Assembly: GCA_964409035.1 (NCBI GenBank)
Contig: CAYPBQ010000001.1
Coordinates: 28,024-92,023 of the forward strand
Origin: an uncultured Candidatus Saccharibacteria bacterium
GTDB lineage: Bacteria; Patescibacteriota; Minisyncoccia; Phycocordibacterales; UBA12088
Direction of reading: 5' to 3'
Length of the DNA stretch: 64,000 nt
Shown here: positions 19,799 through 29,549 of the stretch, piece after piece
How positions within the stretch are numbered: the stretch's first letter is position 1
How the letters are laid out: the number at the start of each line of letters is the position of its first letter
Translations under genes and position numbers: made by a program
Notes under the pieces: model-generated
The model's database searches: none
Told to the model about the DNA's origin: nothing
What the model saw: only the letters and a program-made list of their open reading frames with translations

Positions 19799-20404
19799 TC
19801 AAAACTCTACTCCAACGCTCTGAGCTGACTTTTGACGGAGTCTTTCTAGCTTGGCCTTGTGTTTTTTTTGTTCCTCGCGCAAATAATTCAACGCCTCAAC
19901 AGAAAGTAGCTCAGGTCGAGTTTGTTCCACTATCTCGAGAAATGGCCATACGCTCGCCTGATTATTTTGGCTATGCTTGCTAATGATTGTATTGACTTGT
20001 TCTTTCGTTACCTGCAGAATCAGTAGTTCCATGCCTGCAAAGAAGATATCGCTCTCAGCATAACTCCGTATATGTCCGTGCTGAATCCATACTTCAGCGA
20101 TGTCACGCAACTCCTTTGTTTTTAACTTCTTTAGTATCAAATTAACATTGTGATTGTGTTTGAATTCAAACCGATCGTAGCCCTGCTCCTTGTGAAGATC
20201 AGAGAGGGCACGTTCCAGTTTTGTATACGTAACATAGGTTGAGTATTCATCGCGATTAAACTGACCCAGCACCCATTTTTTGATGAAGTTTCCTAATTCA
20301 TCTACTAACGGACTCAGCGTACGACTCAATAGCCAACCAACTACTCCCAATACTGGTAACCCAACCAAGAATCCTTTTAGAAATTCGGGGATCTGATCTA
20401 GCAT
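19799..20404 (-). CDS. hypothetical protein with an N-terminal TM
   Basis: 201 aa, no recognised motif. Confidence 0.45.
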   Translation of the reverse strand: MLDQIPEFLKGFLVGLPVLGVVGWLLSRTLSPLVDELGNFIKKWVLGQFNRDEYSTYVTYTKLERALSDLHKEQGYDRFEFKHNHNVNLILKKLKTKELRDIAEVWIQHGHIRSYAESDIFFAGMELLILQVTKEQVNTIISKHSQNNQASVWPFLEIVEQTRPELLSVEALNYLREEQKKHKAKLERLRQKSAQSVGVEF

Positions 20405-20519
20405 AGTCGATTGGAATGGCGTGGAAATAATCCTTGCAAAATCCAGTTCAGTAATTGTATCGCTGTTTCCATTTGGGTAAAACGTCGCGTTTCGTGGGCT
20501 CGAACCTAGCTCAACTTTG

Positions 20520-20590
20520 CTGCCGGACTTGGATTCGAACCAAGATACACGCCTCCAAAGGGCGTAGTCCTACCATTAGACGATCCGGCA
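20520..20590 (-). tRNA. tRNA-Gln (anticodon TTG)
   Basis: Hand-folded cloverleaf: acceptor TGCCGGA/TCCGGCA with a U1-A72 pair, D-arm GTCT..GGAC, anticodon loop CTTTGGA, T-arm CTTGG-TTCGAAT-CCAAG. Confidence 0.8.
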
Positions 20591-20631
20591 ATGGCTACAT
20601 CAGGCACTTTAGCATAAGAAATTGTATGATT

Positions 20632-21261
20632 CTAGCTGAAAAAGGATTTATGTAGTGGCACAAATGTTTCCACCGCCCACTCCCCTTTTGTTGTTTGTGT
20701 TGCGTGGAAGCCTCCGCAGTGTACAAGCTCAGAAATTACCGTAAGTGGACGCCTAAAAAATGGCACAAATGTGTTGCCCTTCAGAATGTCTGTCATTTCT
20801 AGAATAATTGCGTTATGCGCAATGATGAGTAATTTTTCTTCTGATGTAGCGCTTGCCTCAATGCGCGCTAATGCCTCTGCAGTTCTTGCTCTAAACTCAT
20901 AGGGATTTTCTTCATCACTGTAATGCATGTGGCTTCCTCCAAATAGAAGAAGCAGTGAGGCAACATAGAGTGATCGAGGATGAAAGTATGAAAGGTCTGC
21001 AAGCACTGATGGGCGCCGCTCTTCACGCAAATCTTCATGAAAAGTTATTGGCAGATTGAGGGTAGCTCCAACTATCGTTGCAGTCTGCATAGCTCTTGAA
21101 GCAGTGCTTGTTTCTATGCGACTGATTCCATATGAGGAAATGGCAGATGCAAGCGCGTTTGCTTGTGCCTCACCCTTTGGTGAGAGTGGTGTGTGGTGTC
21201 GGTGGTGGGTAAAGCGAGCATTATGCAACGTCTCGCCATGTCGCACGATAAATAGTTCCAT
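20632..21261 (-). CDS. histidine phosphatase (phosphoglycerate-mutase-like) family protein
   Basis: IVRHGETLHN motif (RHG catalytic His). Confidence 0.75.
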   Translation of the reverse strand: MELFIVRHGETLHNARFTHHRHHTPLSPKGEAQANALASAISSYGISRIETSTASRAMQTATIVGATLNLPITFHEDLREERRPSVLADLSYFHPRSLYVASLLLLFGGSHMHYSDEENPYEFRARTAEALARIEASATSEEKLLIIAHNAIILEMTDILKGNTFVPFFRRPLTVISELVHCGGFHATQTTKGEWAVETFVPLHKSFFS

Positions 21262-21262
21262 A

Positions 21263-22276
21263 CTATGAGAGAATCTCTAGAATAGAAAGCTCAAGCACAA
21301 TATACGGGTCGTATGCCTTTGGCATTGTACTGAGAGCACTAAGTAGCGATACCAAAGATTTTTTTGCAAGTGTCTCATCAATACTACCAAGGAGGAGTAT
21401 GTCTTCTTGAGAGAAGGCATTCTCGTACTTTTTTGCAAGGAGTGGTGCCACCTTATAGAGTAGTGCTTGTCTAAATTTTCGCACCAATAGCTCTGCGAGG
21501 AGTACTGGATGCATGCCATCTCGTGATGCATGTGAAAGTTCGGTAAAAGCCATCTCTTTGTCAGCATTCTTAATTGCAGAAATAAGAGAATACACCAATG
21601 CCCCTTTTGGCGCTCCTGTCATAGTCTCTACAACCTCGCGAGTGATGGAGGCTCCATCTGTCGCGCTCATGGCTTTTTGTAATATTCCATGTGCATCGCG
21701 AAAGGAGCCCTCAGCGATAAGTGCAATAAGTTCTGCTGCTTCTTTCTCAATGCGGTACTTCTCTTTTTTCGCTACTGCTTCAAGCATCGCAACAAGAGTA
21801 GTAAGTGATGGCTGTTTGAAGTGGAGTGTTTGGCAACGCGAAATTATTGTCTCAGGGAGGCGGTCAATCTCTGTTGTTGCAAGAATAAACATCACGTGCG
21901 CAGGCGGCTCCTCAAGAGTTTTGAGAAGCGCGTTAAATGCCTCTTTGGTGAGCATGTGTACCTCGTCAATTATGTACACCTTTTTAGGAGATTCAAATGG
22001 CAATACTGTTATAGCGCTTTTTAGTTCTCGCACATCATCAATACCTCTATTTGATGCTGCATCTATTTCAACCAAATCATTTTGCGTGCATCCAACTGCA
22101 TCAACAAGAATGCGCGCAATTGTTGTCTTGCCCGTTCCACGAGGTCCAGCAAAAAGGTACGCGTGCGCGACGGTATTATTCTTAAGCGCGCCTTGTAGTG
22201 TTTGCACTATATGATCCTGCCCAAGTACTTCATCAAAGGATTTCGGGCGATATTTTCTGTATAAGGCTTCGCTCAT
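21263..22276 (-). CDS. dnaX: DNA polymerase III subunit gamma/tau (short form)
   Basis: MSEALYRKYRPKSFDEVLGQ...AYLFAGPRGTGKTT...; box VII. ATG chosen at 22276. Confidence 0.85.
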   Translation of the reverse strand: MSEALYRKYRPKSFDEVLGQDHIVQTLQGALKNNTVAHAYLFAGPRGTGKTTIARILVDAVGCTQNDLVEIDAASNRGIDDVRELKSAITVLPFESPKKVYIIDEVHMLTKEAFNALLKTLEEPPAHVMFILATTEIDRLPETIISRCQTLHFKQPSLTTLVAMLEAVAKKEKYRIEKEAAELIALIAEGSFRDAHGILQKAMSATDGASITREVVETMTGAPKGALVYSLISAIKNADKEMAFTELSHASRDGMHPVLLAELLVRKFRQALLYKVAPLLAKKYENAFSQEDILLLGSIDETLAKKSLVSLLSALSTMPKAYDPYIVLELSILEILS

Positions 22277-22318
22277 GTATGGCTTAGTATAGCAGAGGAT
22301 TGAAGTAGCAAAAACTCT

Positions 22319-22362
22319 ACACAAAACGCGCCTTATTAGGGCGCGTTTTGTGTAGAGTTTTG
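22319..22362 (-). terminator. 17-bp perfect-stem hairpin terminator downstream of the 22371-22745 gene
   Basis: ctacacaaaacgcgccc-ttatta-gggcgcgttttgtgtag, followed on the minus strand by ttttt. Confidence 0.6.
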
Positions 22363-22370
22363 TTGAGCAA

Positions 22371-22745
22371 TTACTTCTTTTCTACTTTCTTTGCTGTCTT
22401 TGTTGCCTTTGGCTTTGGTGTGAGTTCTTTCTCAATTTCCTTCCAGTGCTTCTTTAGTTCTGCGCCAAGCTTCTTTGCTTCTACCTCTCCTACTGATGCT
22501 GCCTTTTCGTACTTTGCCGTAACAGTATCAACCACCTTCATAAATTTATCCTTGTCCACCTCCTTAAGCTTTTCTACCTGTTCAAGTACTTCACCCTTTG
22601 CTTTTAGCATCCAGCCTTTTGCTTTCTTTCTGTTTTTTGATGCGTCTTTAGTACCGTATAAAAAGTATGCGCTTGCGATTCCGGCAACGGCTGCTGCTGC
22701 TATACCTAGCTTTACCCCAGCGCCCGATGATTGTTTCTTAGCCAT
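22371..22745 (-). CDS. Lys/Glu-rich hypothetical protein with an N-terminal hydrophobic segment
   Basis: 124 aa of low complexity. Confidence 0.45.
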   Translation of the reverse strand: MAKKQSSGAGVKLGIAAAAVAGIASAYFLYGTKDASKNRKKAKGWMLKAKGEVLEQVEKLKEVDKDKFMKVVDTVTAKYEKAASVGEVEAKKLGAELKKHWKEIEKELTPKPKATKTAKKVEKK

Positions 22746-22770
22746 GCAGTATGATTACTTCCAATAATAA

Positions 22771-23091
22771 TTACTCTGAGTCCTCTTCTCGTTTAGTACG
22801 CCGTGCCCTCTTTGGCTTGGCACCCGATCCAAATCGCTCTGCTTGATGAGCGACAAACGACATGATCGGCATTATTTTTGACTCACCTTCCTCTACCATC
22901 TTTTTCACAGTATCAACTCCATCTGATACTGAACGCACTCCCTTTCTCACAGTGTCGGTAATTTCTGCGATGTTACGTACTATTTTAAGTACATAGTATA
23001 AAATCACTATAACTACCGCAGTCACCATCACTACCGCAAAAGAGGTGATGTAGAAAAAAATATTAGTCTGAAGAATGAGCTCGCTTTCCAC
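22771..23091 (-). CDS. small membrane protein (DUF948-like?)
   Basis: 106 aa. N-terminal TM, then a charged C-terminus. Confidence 0.45.
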   Translation of the reverse strand: MESELILQTNIFFYITSFAVVMVTAVVIVILYYVLKIVRNIAEITDTVRKGVRSVSDGVDTVKKMVEEGESKIMPIMSFVAHQAERFGSGAKPKRARRTKREEDSE

Positions 23092-23140
23092 CCTTATAGT
23101 ATCCCTCTCATATGCATAGGGCGCAATGTGTATAACAGCG

Positions 23141-24121
23141 CTATTGCCTATCCTGTATAAACTGTGTAATTACTTCCCTCACCTCAGCAGCAGTTTCTAC
23201 ATGCATCAGGCGGTCACGTAGCTCTTTTGCGCCATCAAAACCAGACACGTATGATTTATACATCCGTCGTACTTTTATAAAATGCTTATGTGGCAAGAGC
23301 TTTTCATAGAGGTCAGTATGCGCAAGGAGGGCGCTGAGTCTATCACTAAGTGATAGGGTTGATTCGTCTACGCGCTCATCAAATAGCCATGGTCTGCCAA
23401 ATACCGCACGCCCAATCATGGCTCCATCAGCGTGAGTTGCAGCTATTTTTGCTCGGGCATCTTCAATACTTTGCACATCACCATTACCTATTATGCGCGC
23501 AGCGCTCTTGTGCGCATCACGTATTTCTACTGCTCGTGCTATACGATCCCACCTAGCGGGTACAAGTGATAATTCTTTTTTTGTGCGTGCATGAATGGTA
23601 ACCGCAGAAGGCTCTGCGCTAAGGAGTGTAGGTAACCATGTTTCAAGCTCATCCTTGTTGTACCCCAATCGTGTTTTTACTGATACAGGAAGTCCACTCT
23701 TTTTTGCTGCACTAATAAGTGCAACTGCTTGCTCAGGGTACCGTATTAGCTCTGCGCCTGCCTTTTGCTTCATTACGCTTCTGTCTGGGCATCCCATGTT
23801 AATATCTACTCCATCAAAGCCAAGCTCAGCAACAAGCCTTGCCGCATACTCCATCATGTCGGGTGAGTGGGTAAATAGTTGTGCAACAATTGGTCGCTCT
23901 GCTTCGGAGTATTGCAAATCAAGCATGAGAGGGTTTTCAGCATCTGCGATTTTTTGTATTTCTCTCGTATGGTACAAGCCATCAGCAGATACAAATTCAG
24001 TCCACATAACATCCGCGCTCTTGTATGAAGCAATAAGATGTCTAAATGCGGGGTCTGTAGCATCCGCCATTGGCGCAAGTACAAAAAATGGCTTTTTTAG
24101 ATTTTTCCAAAATGAGTCCAT
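23141..24121 (-). CDS. dus: tRNA-dihydrouridine synthase
   Basis: FVLAPMADATD, a TIM-barrel FMN site, and a catalytic Cys in MGCPD. Confidence 0.85.
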   Translation of the reverse strand: MDSFWKNLKKPFFVLAPMADATDPAFRHLIASYKSADVMWTEFVSADGLYHTREIQKIADAENPLMLDLQYSEAERPIVAQLFTHSPDMMEYAARLVAELGFDGVDINMGCPDRSVMKQKAGAELIRYPEQAVALISAAKKSGLPVSVKTRLGYNKDELETWLPTLLSAEPSAVTIHARTKKELSLVPARWDRIARAVEIRDAHKSAARIIGNGDVQSIEDARAKIAATHADGAMIGRAVFGRPWLFDERVDESTLSLSDRLSALLAHTDLYEKLLPHKHFIKVRRMYKSYVSGFDGAKELRDRLMHVETAAEVREVITQFIQDRQ

Positions 24122-24157
24122 AGCTGAAGCCTAGCAATTGACTAATTACTGTCAAAT

Positions 24158-24484
24158 GTGCAAAGTGGTGCTAGTAAACAGGAGGTTCTGATGAATGAAA
24201 AGAGTGGGAGTACCTTTTTTATTCAAGGAGTAGGATATCTTGCAATAAGAACAGCTGGGGGGCTAGTGAAAATTCCTAGCTCAGATGGCGCGCTTATAAT
24301 ACGTAATGGAGCTAGCCAATTTGTTCCTTTTAAAAAAGGATTGAGCTTAATAGTGAGTAAAGAGACGACCTCACATACTCTCGCATTTATCTGCCTACCT
24401 AGGCTTGGCACTGCAAAAGAAGTGTTGCAAATAAGAAGAAGGCTAGGCAAAGAACAAGGCAAAGATGTGGTACTAAACATGTAG
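24158..24484 (+). CDS. hypothetical small protein, divergent from its neighbours and followed by a strong hairpin
   Basis: 108-aa ORF ending 1 nt before a 13-bp perfect hairpin. An antisense ORF (24223-24480) is the alternative. Confidence 0.3.
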   Translation: MQSGASKQEVLMNEKSGSTFFIQGVGYLAIRTAGGLVKIPSSDGALIIRNGASQFVPFKKGLSLIVSKETTSHTLAFICLPRLGTAKEVLQIRRRLGKEQGKDVVLNM

Positions 24485-24515
24485 AGGGGCGTTCAACATA
24501 GTTGAACGCCCCTAG
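24485..24515 (+). terminator. 13-bp perfect inverted repeat (aggggcgttcaac-ata-gttgaacgcccct)
   Basis: Read directly from the sequence. The T-run is weak. It may serve the + ORF or the convergent Clp-like gene. Confidence 0.45.
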
Positions 24516-24519
24516 TACT

Positions 24520-26961
24520 TTATATGGTTATCGTCTGTCCTCTACGAACCTCTCCTGCAATCAATTTATCAGCAACTTTTTGCTCTATTAATTCTTGTAT
24601 TGCTCTATTCATTGGGCGGGCGCCAAATTGCGGATCGTACCCTTCTTTTACTATCGTCTCAAGCATTGCATCTGATACTTCAAGATTGACCCCTTGTTCA
24701 CGCAATCGCTTTTTTAGCTTAGTCAGCATGAGTCCGGCAATTTTTCTAATATCTTCAATAGAAAGCGGATGAAAAACAATCACTCCATCAAAGCGGTTAA
24801 GTAACTCGGGTTTAAATATTCCTCTCTTAATAATTTCATTGGTGAGGTCATCTGCATGTAAAGAAGGGTCAGTGTTACTTTTTGCATACTCCCAAATTTT
24901 ATCGCTTGCAGCGTTTGAGGTTGCTATCACAATAACGTTACGCGCATTCACCCGTTTGCCATGCGCGTCAGAAAATTGCCCTTCGTCAAGAATCTGAAGA
25001 AACAAATCATGGACATCTGGATTTGTTTTTTCAAACTCATCAAGAAGAAGTATGCCGTACTGCCCTTCTCTAAGCGCGCTTGATAGTGTCCCTGCCTTTC
25101 CAGATTGAAATGAGCCTATAAGTCTATCAAGCGCATCTGCGCCTCTATACTCACTCATGTCAAAACGCATGATTTTTTCTTTGTTTCCAAAAAATACTTC
25201 CGCAAGTGCTTTTGTTGTTTCTGTCTTTCCTACACCTGTAGGTCCTAAGAACAAGAATGATCCCATGGGGCGCTCCATATTGCGCACCCCTGCTCGTGAC
25301 CTACGCATAGCCTTTGCTATTGCTGATACCGCTTCCACTTGCCCGATAATCTTTTCATGCAAGCGCTTTTCCAAATCAATAAGCATTTTTTGCTCATCCT
25401 TTGTTGGAGCGCTAAGCGGTATACCTGTTTTACCCTCAACAAGAGTAAGTACATCTTTTTGCAGAATATACTCCTGTTTATTTGCGACAGCAGATGCTAC
25501 TAGCTCGCGCATAAGGTCAAATCCCTTGTCTGGCATTACCCCGTTTGCAAAGTATCTATCCGCGCTTCTGATGATTTCTAAAATCGCCTGGTAGGTGAAA
25601 AACACATTATGCTTTTCTTCAAGTATGAGTGATTCCCGCCCCAAGACTCGCACCAACATATATTCATCAAGATCCTCAACATATACCGTATCGAAAAACT
25701 GCATGATAGTGCCATGCTTTTCAAGTGTGTGGTGATACGCCTGAGGATCATCAGTAAAAATTATTTGTAAATCTTTTGATGAAAAGTATGGAGTCATCAA
25801 ATCAATAACATCAACTCCAATAGCTTTTGTTGCCTCCATAAACGCGGTGACATTTTGTATCACCAAGATGATGTTACCAGCGTAGGCAGACTGATCGAGT
25901 ATTTTTATAAATTCATGTTCAAATGCGCCAGACGCTTTGCCTACCTCTACCATAGCGGTAGGGTTAACAATAAACACTGTCTTATCCATGAGTGGTGGTA
26001 ACGCGCTGCCCTCTCTGATGCGACGAGCAATTCTTGCGATAATTTCCATCTCTCCAATACCTGGCTCTCCAACTAAAAGTACATTTGACTGCCTATTTCG
26101 TGCCAAAATAGTCTCAAGCTTATCTACCTCTTCACGTTCACGCCATGCAAATTGTGATGATTCATACACCACATCTGTCACAATATCGTGACCATACTTG
26201 TCCAAAAAGTATGTCTGTCCGTAGCCAAGTGATCTACCAATAGCAGGAAATCTTCCTAGATTATCTCTGCCCCACCACCGCTGTCGCAATCTGCGCTCTC
26301 TAAAAATTTCTTCTACCCATAATGATGTTCCCAAAAAATCACTTTCTTGGACTTCTTCTTTAAACAAAAATTCTTGCAGTGAGTTGTCTGCGCGATAAAT
26401 CGCTGCTGCATATTTTGAGATGGTTACAGGACCATCACCATAAAATGTTAGTGCTCCACCACTTAGATGCTCTCTGTGTCCTTGCAAAAATTGCTCTCGC
26501 GCCTCATCACGTACTCCTAATCTAGTAAGAATAACACCGCCAAAGTATGAGGTGAGAAAGCCTTCAGTAACATCATAAGGATTGGTTGAGTAGGTAATAG
26601 AACCCACTTCAAAGCTAACCGAAGTTGACGCATGACTTTCAAGCTCTTCAAGAACAAAATCAAGTCCACGATAGTAGTATGATCTCCTAAACCACTCCAA
26701 AAGGGCAAAGATCATCCATACTGAACACAACACAAGAGAGCTACCTACCCACAATGTCTCAAAGCTAGTTATAAACGGTGATACGGAAGGAAAGACAATT
26801 GCAATACCGCCAAGAAGTACTGTCACAAAAAAGGCTACCGCTATAACTCTAGATATCCTTCTGCGTACTGGCGTATCCAACGTAGCCTCAAGCACAAAGA
26901 TAGGTGCAAAGTGTTTGTATACGTATTCTTGTAGATCAGCAAAGCTCATATTACATAACAC
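24520..26961 (-). CDS. Clp/Hsp100-family AAA+ ATPase with an N-terminal TM anchor and a degenerate first nucleotide-binding domain
   Basis: Two N-terminal TM helices. D1 Walker A reads GEPGIGEME instead of GEPGVGKT, and D1 Walker B is not DE. D2 is intact: [18 protein letters not shown], sensor-2 GARP. Confidence 0.8.
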   Translation of the reverse strand: MLCNMSFADLQEYVYKHFAPIFVLEATLDTPVRRRISRVIAVAFFVTVLLGGIAIVFPSVSPFITSFETLWVGSSLVLCSVWMIFALLEWFRRSYYYRGLDFVLEELESHASTSVSFEVGSITYSTNPYDVTEGFLTSYFGGVILTRLGVRDEAREQFLQGHREHLSGGALTFYGDGPVTISKYAAAIYRADNSLQEFLFKEEVQESDFLGTSLWVEEIFRERRLRQRWWGRDNLGRFPAIGRSLGYGQTYFLDKYGHDIVTDVVYESSQFAWREREEVDKLETILARNRQSNVLLVGEPGIGEMEIIARIARRIREGSALPPLMDKTVFIVNPTAMVEVGKASGAFEHEFIKILDQSAYAGNIILVIQNVTAFMEATKAIGVDVIDLMTPYFSSKDLQIIFTDDPQAYHHTLEKHGTIMQFFDTVYVEDLDEYMLVRVLGRESLILEEKHNVFFTYQAILEIIRSADRYFANGVMPDKGFDLMRELVASAVANKQEYILQKDVLTLVEGKTGIPLSAPTKDEQKMLIDLEKRLHEKIIGQVEAVSAIAKAMRRSRAGVRNMERPMGSFLFLGPTGVGKTETTKALAEVFFGNKEKIMRFDMSEYRGADALDRLIGSFQSGKAGTLSSALREGQYGILLLDEFEKTNPDVHDLFLQILDEGQFSDAHGKRVNARNVIVIATSNAASDKIWEYAKSNTDPSLHADDLTNEIIKRGIFKPELLNRFDGVIVFHPLSIEDIRKIAGLMLTKLKKRLREQGVNLEVSDAMLETIVKEGYDPQFGARPMNRAIQELIEQKVADKLIAGEVRRGQTITI

Positions 26962-27328
26962 TTATAGCCACCCCAAGCGCAATAAGTCCTGGAATGATAA
27001 CAGGGATAAAAAACCACACTACAAACAACAATAATCCAACTGAAAATGTGGCAAGTAGAAATACAAGCCCAATCAATATAAGAATACTGCGTATGCCAAA
27101 TCCCACTATACGCATGATAAGGCTTACAATAATTACCTCAGCGAGTTTATCTAGGTGTAATCCTCCATTATATTTTTCACCTAGTCGCTGAAAAGGGTCA
27201 AATAGCGTACGAAGAAGTATTGGTATCGAAAATACGTGGAGCACAAACCACATAAAATTTACCCACACACCAATATATTCTTTTGGTGCTCGTGTATAGT
27301 GCCAACGTGTGTAGTAATACAGCAGCAT
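26951..27328 (-). CDS. integral membrane protein (3-4 TM), hypothetical. Its 3' end overlaps the Clp-like gene start by 11 nt.
   Basis: 125 aa, hydrophobic. Confidence 0.45.
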   Translation of the reverse strand: MLLYYYTRWHYTRAPKEYIGVWVNFMWFVLHVFSIPILLRTLFDPFQRLGEKYNGGLHLDKLAEVIIVSLIMRIVGFGIRSILILIGLVFLLATFSVGLLLFVVWFFIPVIIPGLIALGVAISVM

Positions 27329-27347
27329 TAAAAATAGTATACTCGTT

Positions 27348-28202
27348 TTACTCGTTGGTGGGGAGAGTTGCTGTTCCCTCTAACGCATCTTCTCCAACAA
27401 AGCGATAATATATTTTTTTTCCAAATCGCATATCAATGTACGCAATAGTAGCAAGGTTAATATCGCGCAAAGGTTCCTCCTTGAAGATGGTCATAATCAC
27501 ATCCGCAAGTGATGAAAAATCATCATGGAGGTTAATGCGTAACTCAGGACCATCATTAATGGCTAAAAATGCCTCTTGCTCATCCGAAGAAATGTTGACG
27601 CGCATTACTGGATAACCATTTGCAGATAAAAATGATACCAGCTCACTTACGTGTGTATATGTCGCAGGAGTGAGTAATTGCATTGAAAGCGGCGGCTTTC
27701 CTGTTTCGTCCTTGGTGTACTTTACATACACCGCATCAGAAAATGTGGGGGCAAGTGCATACCCCATGGCGGTCTCGTCGATGTAATAGCATGATTCATC
27801 TGAAAGACACCACAATGCATGAGGTTCTCTCTCTACAACTGCTATTTCAAGAGTCGTAAGATTGGTACGCTTTACTGCTACTTCCTTAATTCTTGGGAGT
27901 GCTTCAAGAATCTGAGACTCAATAGAAGCGATAGGAACAAGCACTACATTATTACGTGGAAATATAAACAGAAACTTTTGCGAAAGAATCAATCTAGCTT
28001 GCGCCTCTATGGTGGCTACCTCTTCCACATGATTACCTTGCACAGTAATAGTAGCAACCCGCCAAAAAGATAAATAGAGCGAATATACCGCAGCAATAAT
28101 CACCACACATATCCCCAAGAAAAATAGCCCGACTCGTACCAGAATCTTTTTTCTATATTTAGCTTTACGCTCAAGCGAGGAAAATGTATGCGGCCTCGGC
28201 AT
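27348..28202 (-). CDS. ftsQ: FtsQ/DivIB-like cell-division protein (POTRA domain)
   Basis: Basic N-terminus, a single TM, then ATITVQGNHV...LEIAVVEREP (POTRA). Confidence 0.6.
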   Translation of the reverse strand: MPRPHTFSSLERKAKYRKKILVRVGLFFLGICVVIIAAVYSLYLSFWRVATITVQGNHVEEVATIEAQARLILSQKFLFIFPRNNVVLVPIASIESQILEALPRIKEVAVKRTNLTTLEIAVVEREPHALWCLSDESCYYIDETAMGYALAPTFSDAVYVKYTKDETGKPPLSMQLLTPATYTHVSELVSFLSANGYPVMRVNISSDEQEAFLAINDGPELRINLHDDFSSLADVIMTIFKEEPLRDINLATIAYIDMRFGKKIYYRFVGEDALEGTATLPTNE

Positions 28203-28206
28203 ATAG

Positions 28207-29478
28207 CTATAAGCGTATCACGTCTTTGCCCATGTAAGGACGAAGCGCTTCAGTAATGACAATTGAGCCGTCTTCCTGCTGATTGTTTTCAATAATTGAA
28301 ATCAAAATTCGTGGTGTGGCAATAGCGGTATTGTTTAGTGAGTGGGCAAAACGCAATTTACCTGTCTCATCTTTATATCTAATATTAAGTCTTCTGGTTT
28401 GAAAGTCGTGGAAGTATGACGCGCTGTGTGTTTCTCTGTATGTCTGTTCACTTGGTACCCACGCTTCAATGTCATACTTCTTTACCTGCCCAAGACCAAT
28501 ATCAGCTCCGCAATTGAGCACCACATGGTACGGAATGTTTAGTAATTGAAGTAATTTTTCAGAATTGCTGGTTAGCTCCTCATGCAAGGTCACCGAAGTC
28601 TCGTGTGACGCCTCGCACAATATAACTTGCTCAAACTTAAAAAATTCATGTACACGCATGATGCCCTTGGTGTCCTTTCCATGACTTCCCGCTTCTCGCC
28701 TAAAGCATGGTGAGAAGGCAAAATACTTCAATGGAAGCGACGCCCCATCAAGTACCTCGTCCATAAAATATCCCATCATGGCAACTTCTGCGGTACCCGC
28801 GAGGTAATCATTATCTTGTGTTTTGTACAAATCCTCTTCTGACTGAGGCAGATAACCTGTCCCTAAAAATGGTTCTTTGCGTACCATACTAGGTACTACC
28901 ATCGGAACGTACTCTGGCTTTTGCTTTAGGAAATGATCCATAACAAACTGCCATACTGCGAAATTAAGCCGAGCACCATCACCTGTTAGAAAGTATCCTC
29001 TAAATCCAGCAACTTTAGTCCCGCGATCTAAATCTAGCATGCCAAGCGCGAGCATTAGCTCAACATGATTCTTAGGTGTGAATGAAAAATGTGGAATAGT
29101 GCCCCATGTACGCACCTCCTTGTTGTCCTTATCACTCTCTCCATCTGGCACGGTCATATCAGGCACATTAGGAACCTGTACCATGAGCTTTTGCCACTCC
29201 TGCATAACTTGCTTCAACTTTTCCTCCTCCTTTTGGAGCTCATCCTTATGCACTCGCATTTTACTAATCAAGATCTCTCTCTCGCTTGCATTTGCTGCTT
29301 TTGTAATGCCATCCGATGCAGCATTTTGCATAGCCCGAAATTCGTCTACTTTCTGCTGAAGTAGTTTTCGCTCATCATCAATAGCCACAAGTGCATCAAG
29401 GTCAACCGTAACGTGCTTTTTCCTTGCCGCATCCTTTACCAAATCCAAGTTTTCGCGAATGAATTTTATATCAAGCAT
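28207..29478 (-). CDS. serS: seryl-tRNA synthetase
   Basis: MLDIKFIRENLDLV, an N-terminal coiled coil, and class-II motifs (FRREAGS, GSALA-like). Confidence 0.9.
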   Translation of the reverse strand: MLDIKFIRENLDLVKDAARKKHVTVDLDALVAIDDERKLLQQKVDEFRAMQNAASDGITKAANASEREILISKMRVHKDELQKEEEKLKQVMQEWQKLMVQVPNVPDMTVPDGESDKDNKEVRTWGTIPHFSFTPKNHVELMLALGMLDLDRGTKVAGFRGYFLTGDGARLNFAVWQFVMDHFLKQKPEYVPMVVPSMVRKEPFLGTGYLPQSEEDLYKTQDNDYLAGTAEVAMMGYFMDEVLDGASLPLKYFAFSPCFRREAGSHGKDTKGIMRVHEFFKFEQVILCEASHETSVTLHEELTSNSEKLLQLLNIPYHVVLNCGADIGLGQVKKYDIEAWVPSEQTYRETHSASYFHDFQTRRLNIRYKDETGKLRFAHSLNNTAIATPRILISIIENNQQEDGSIVITEALRPYMGKDVIRL

Positions 29479-29549
29479 AATAGTGATTATTTTCCCGTAT
29501 ACCCCTAACGGTAGCAGTACAGCGAAGAGTGGTCAAACACAGCTAGTCT

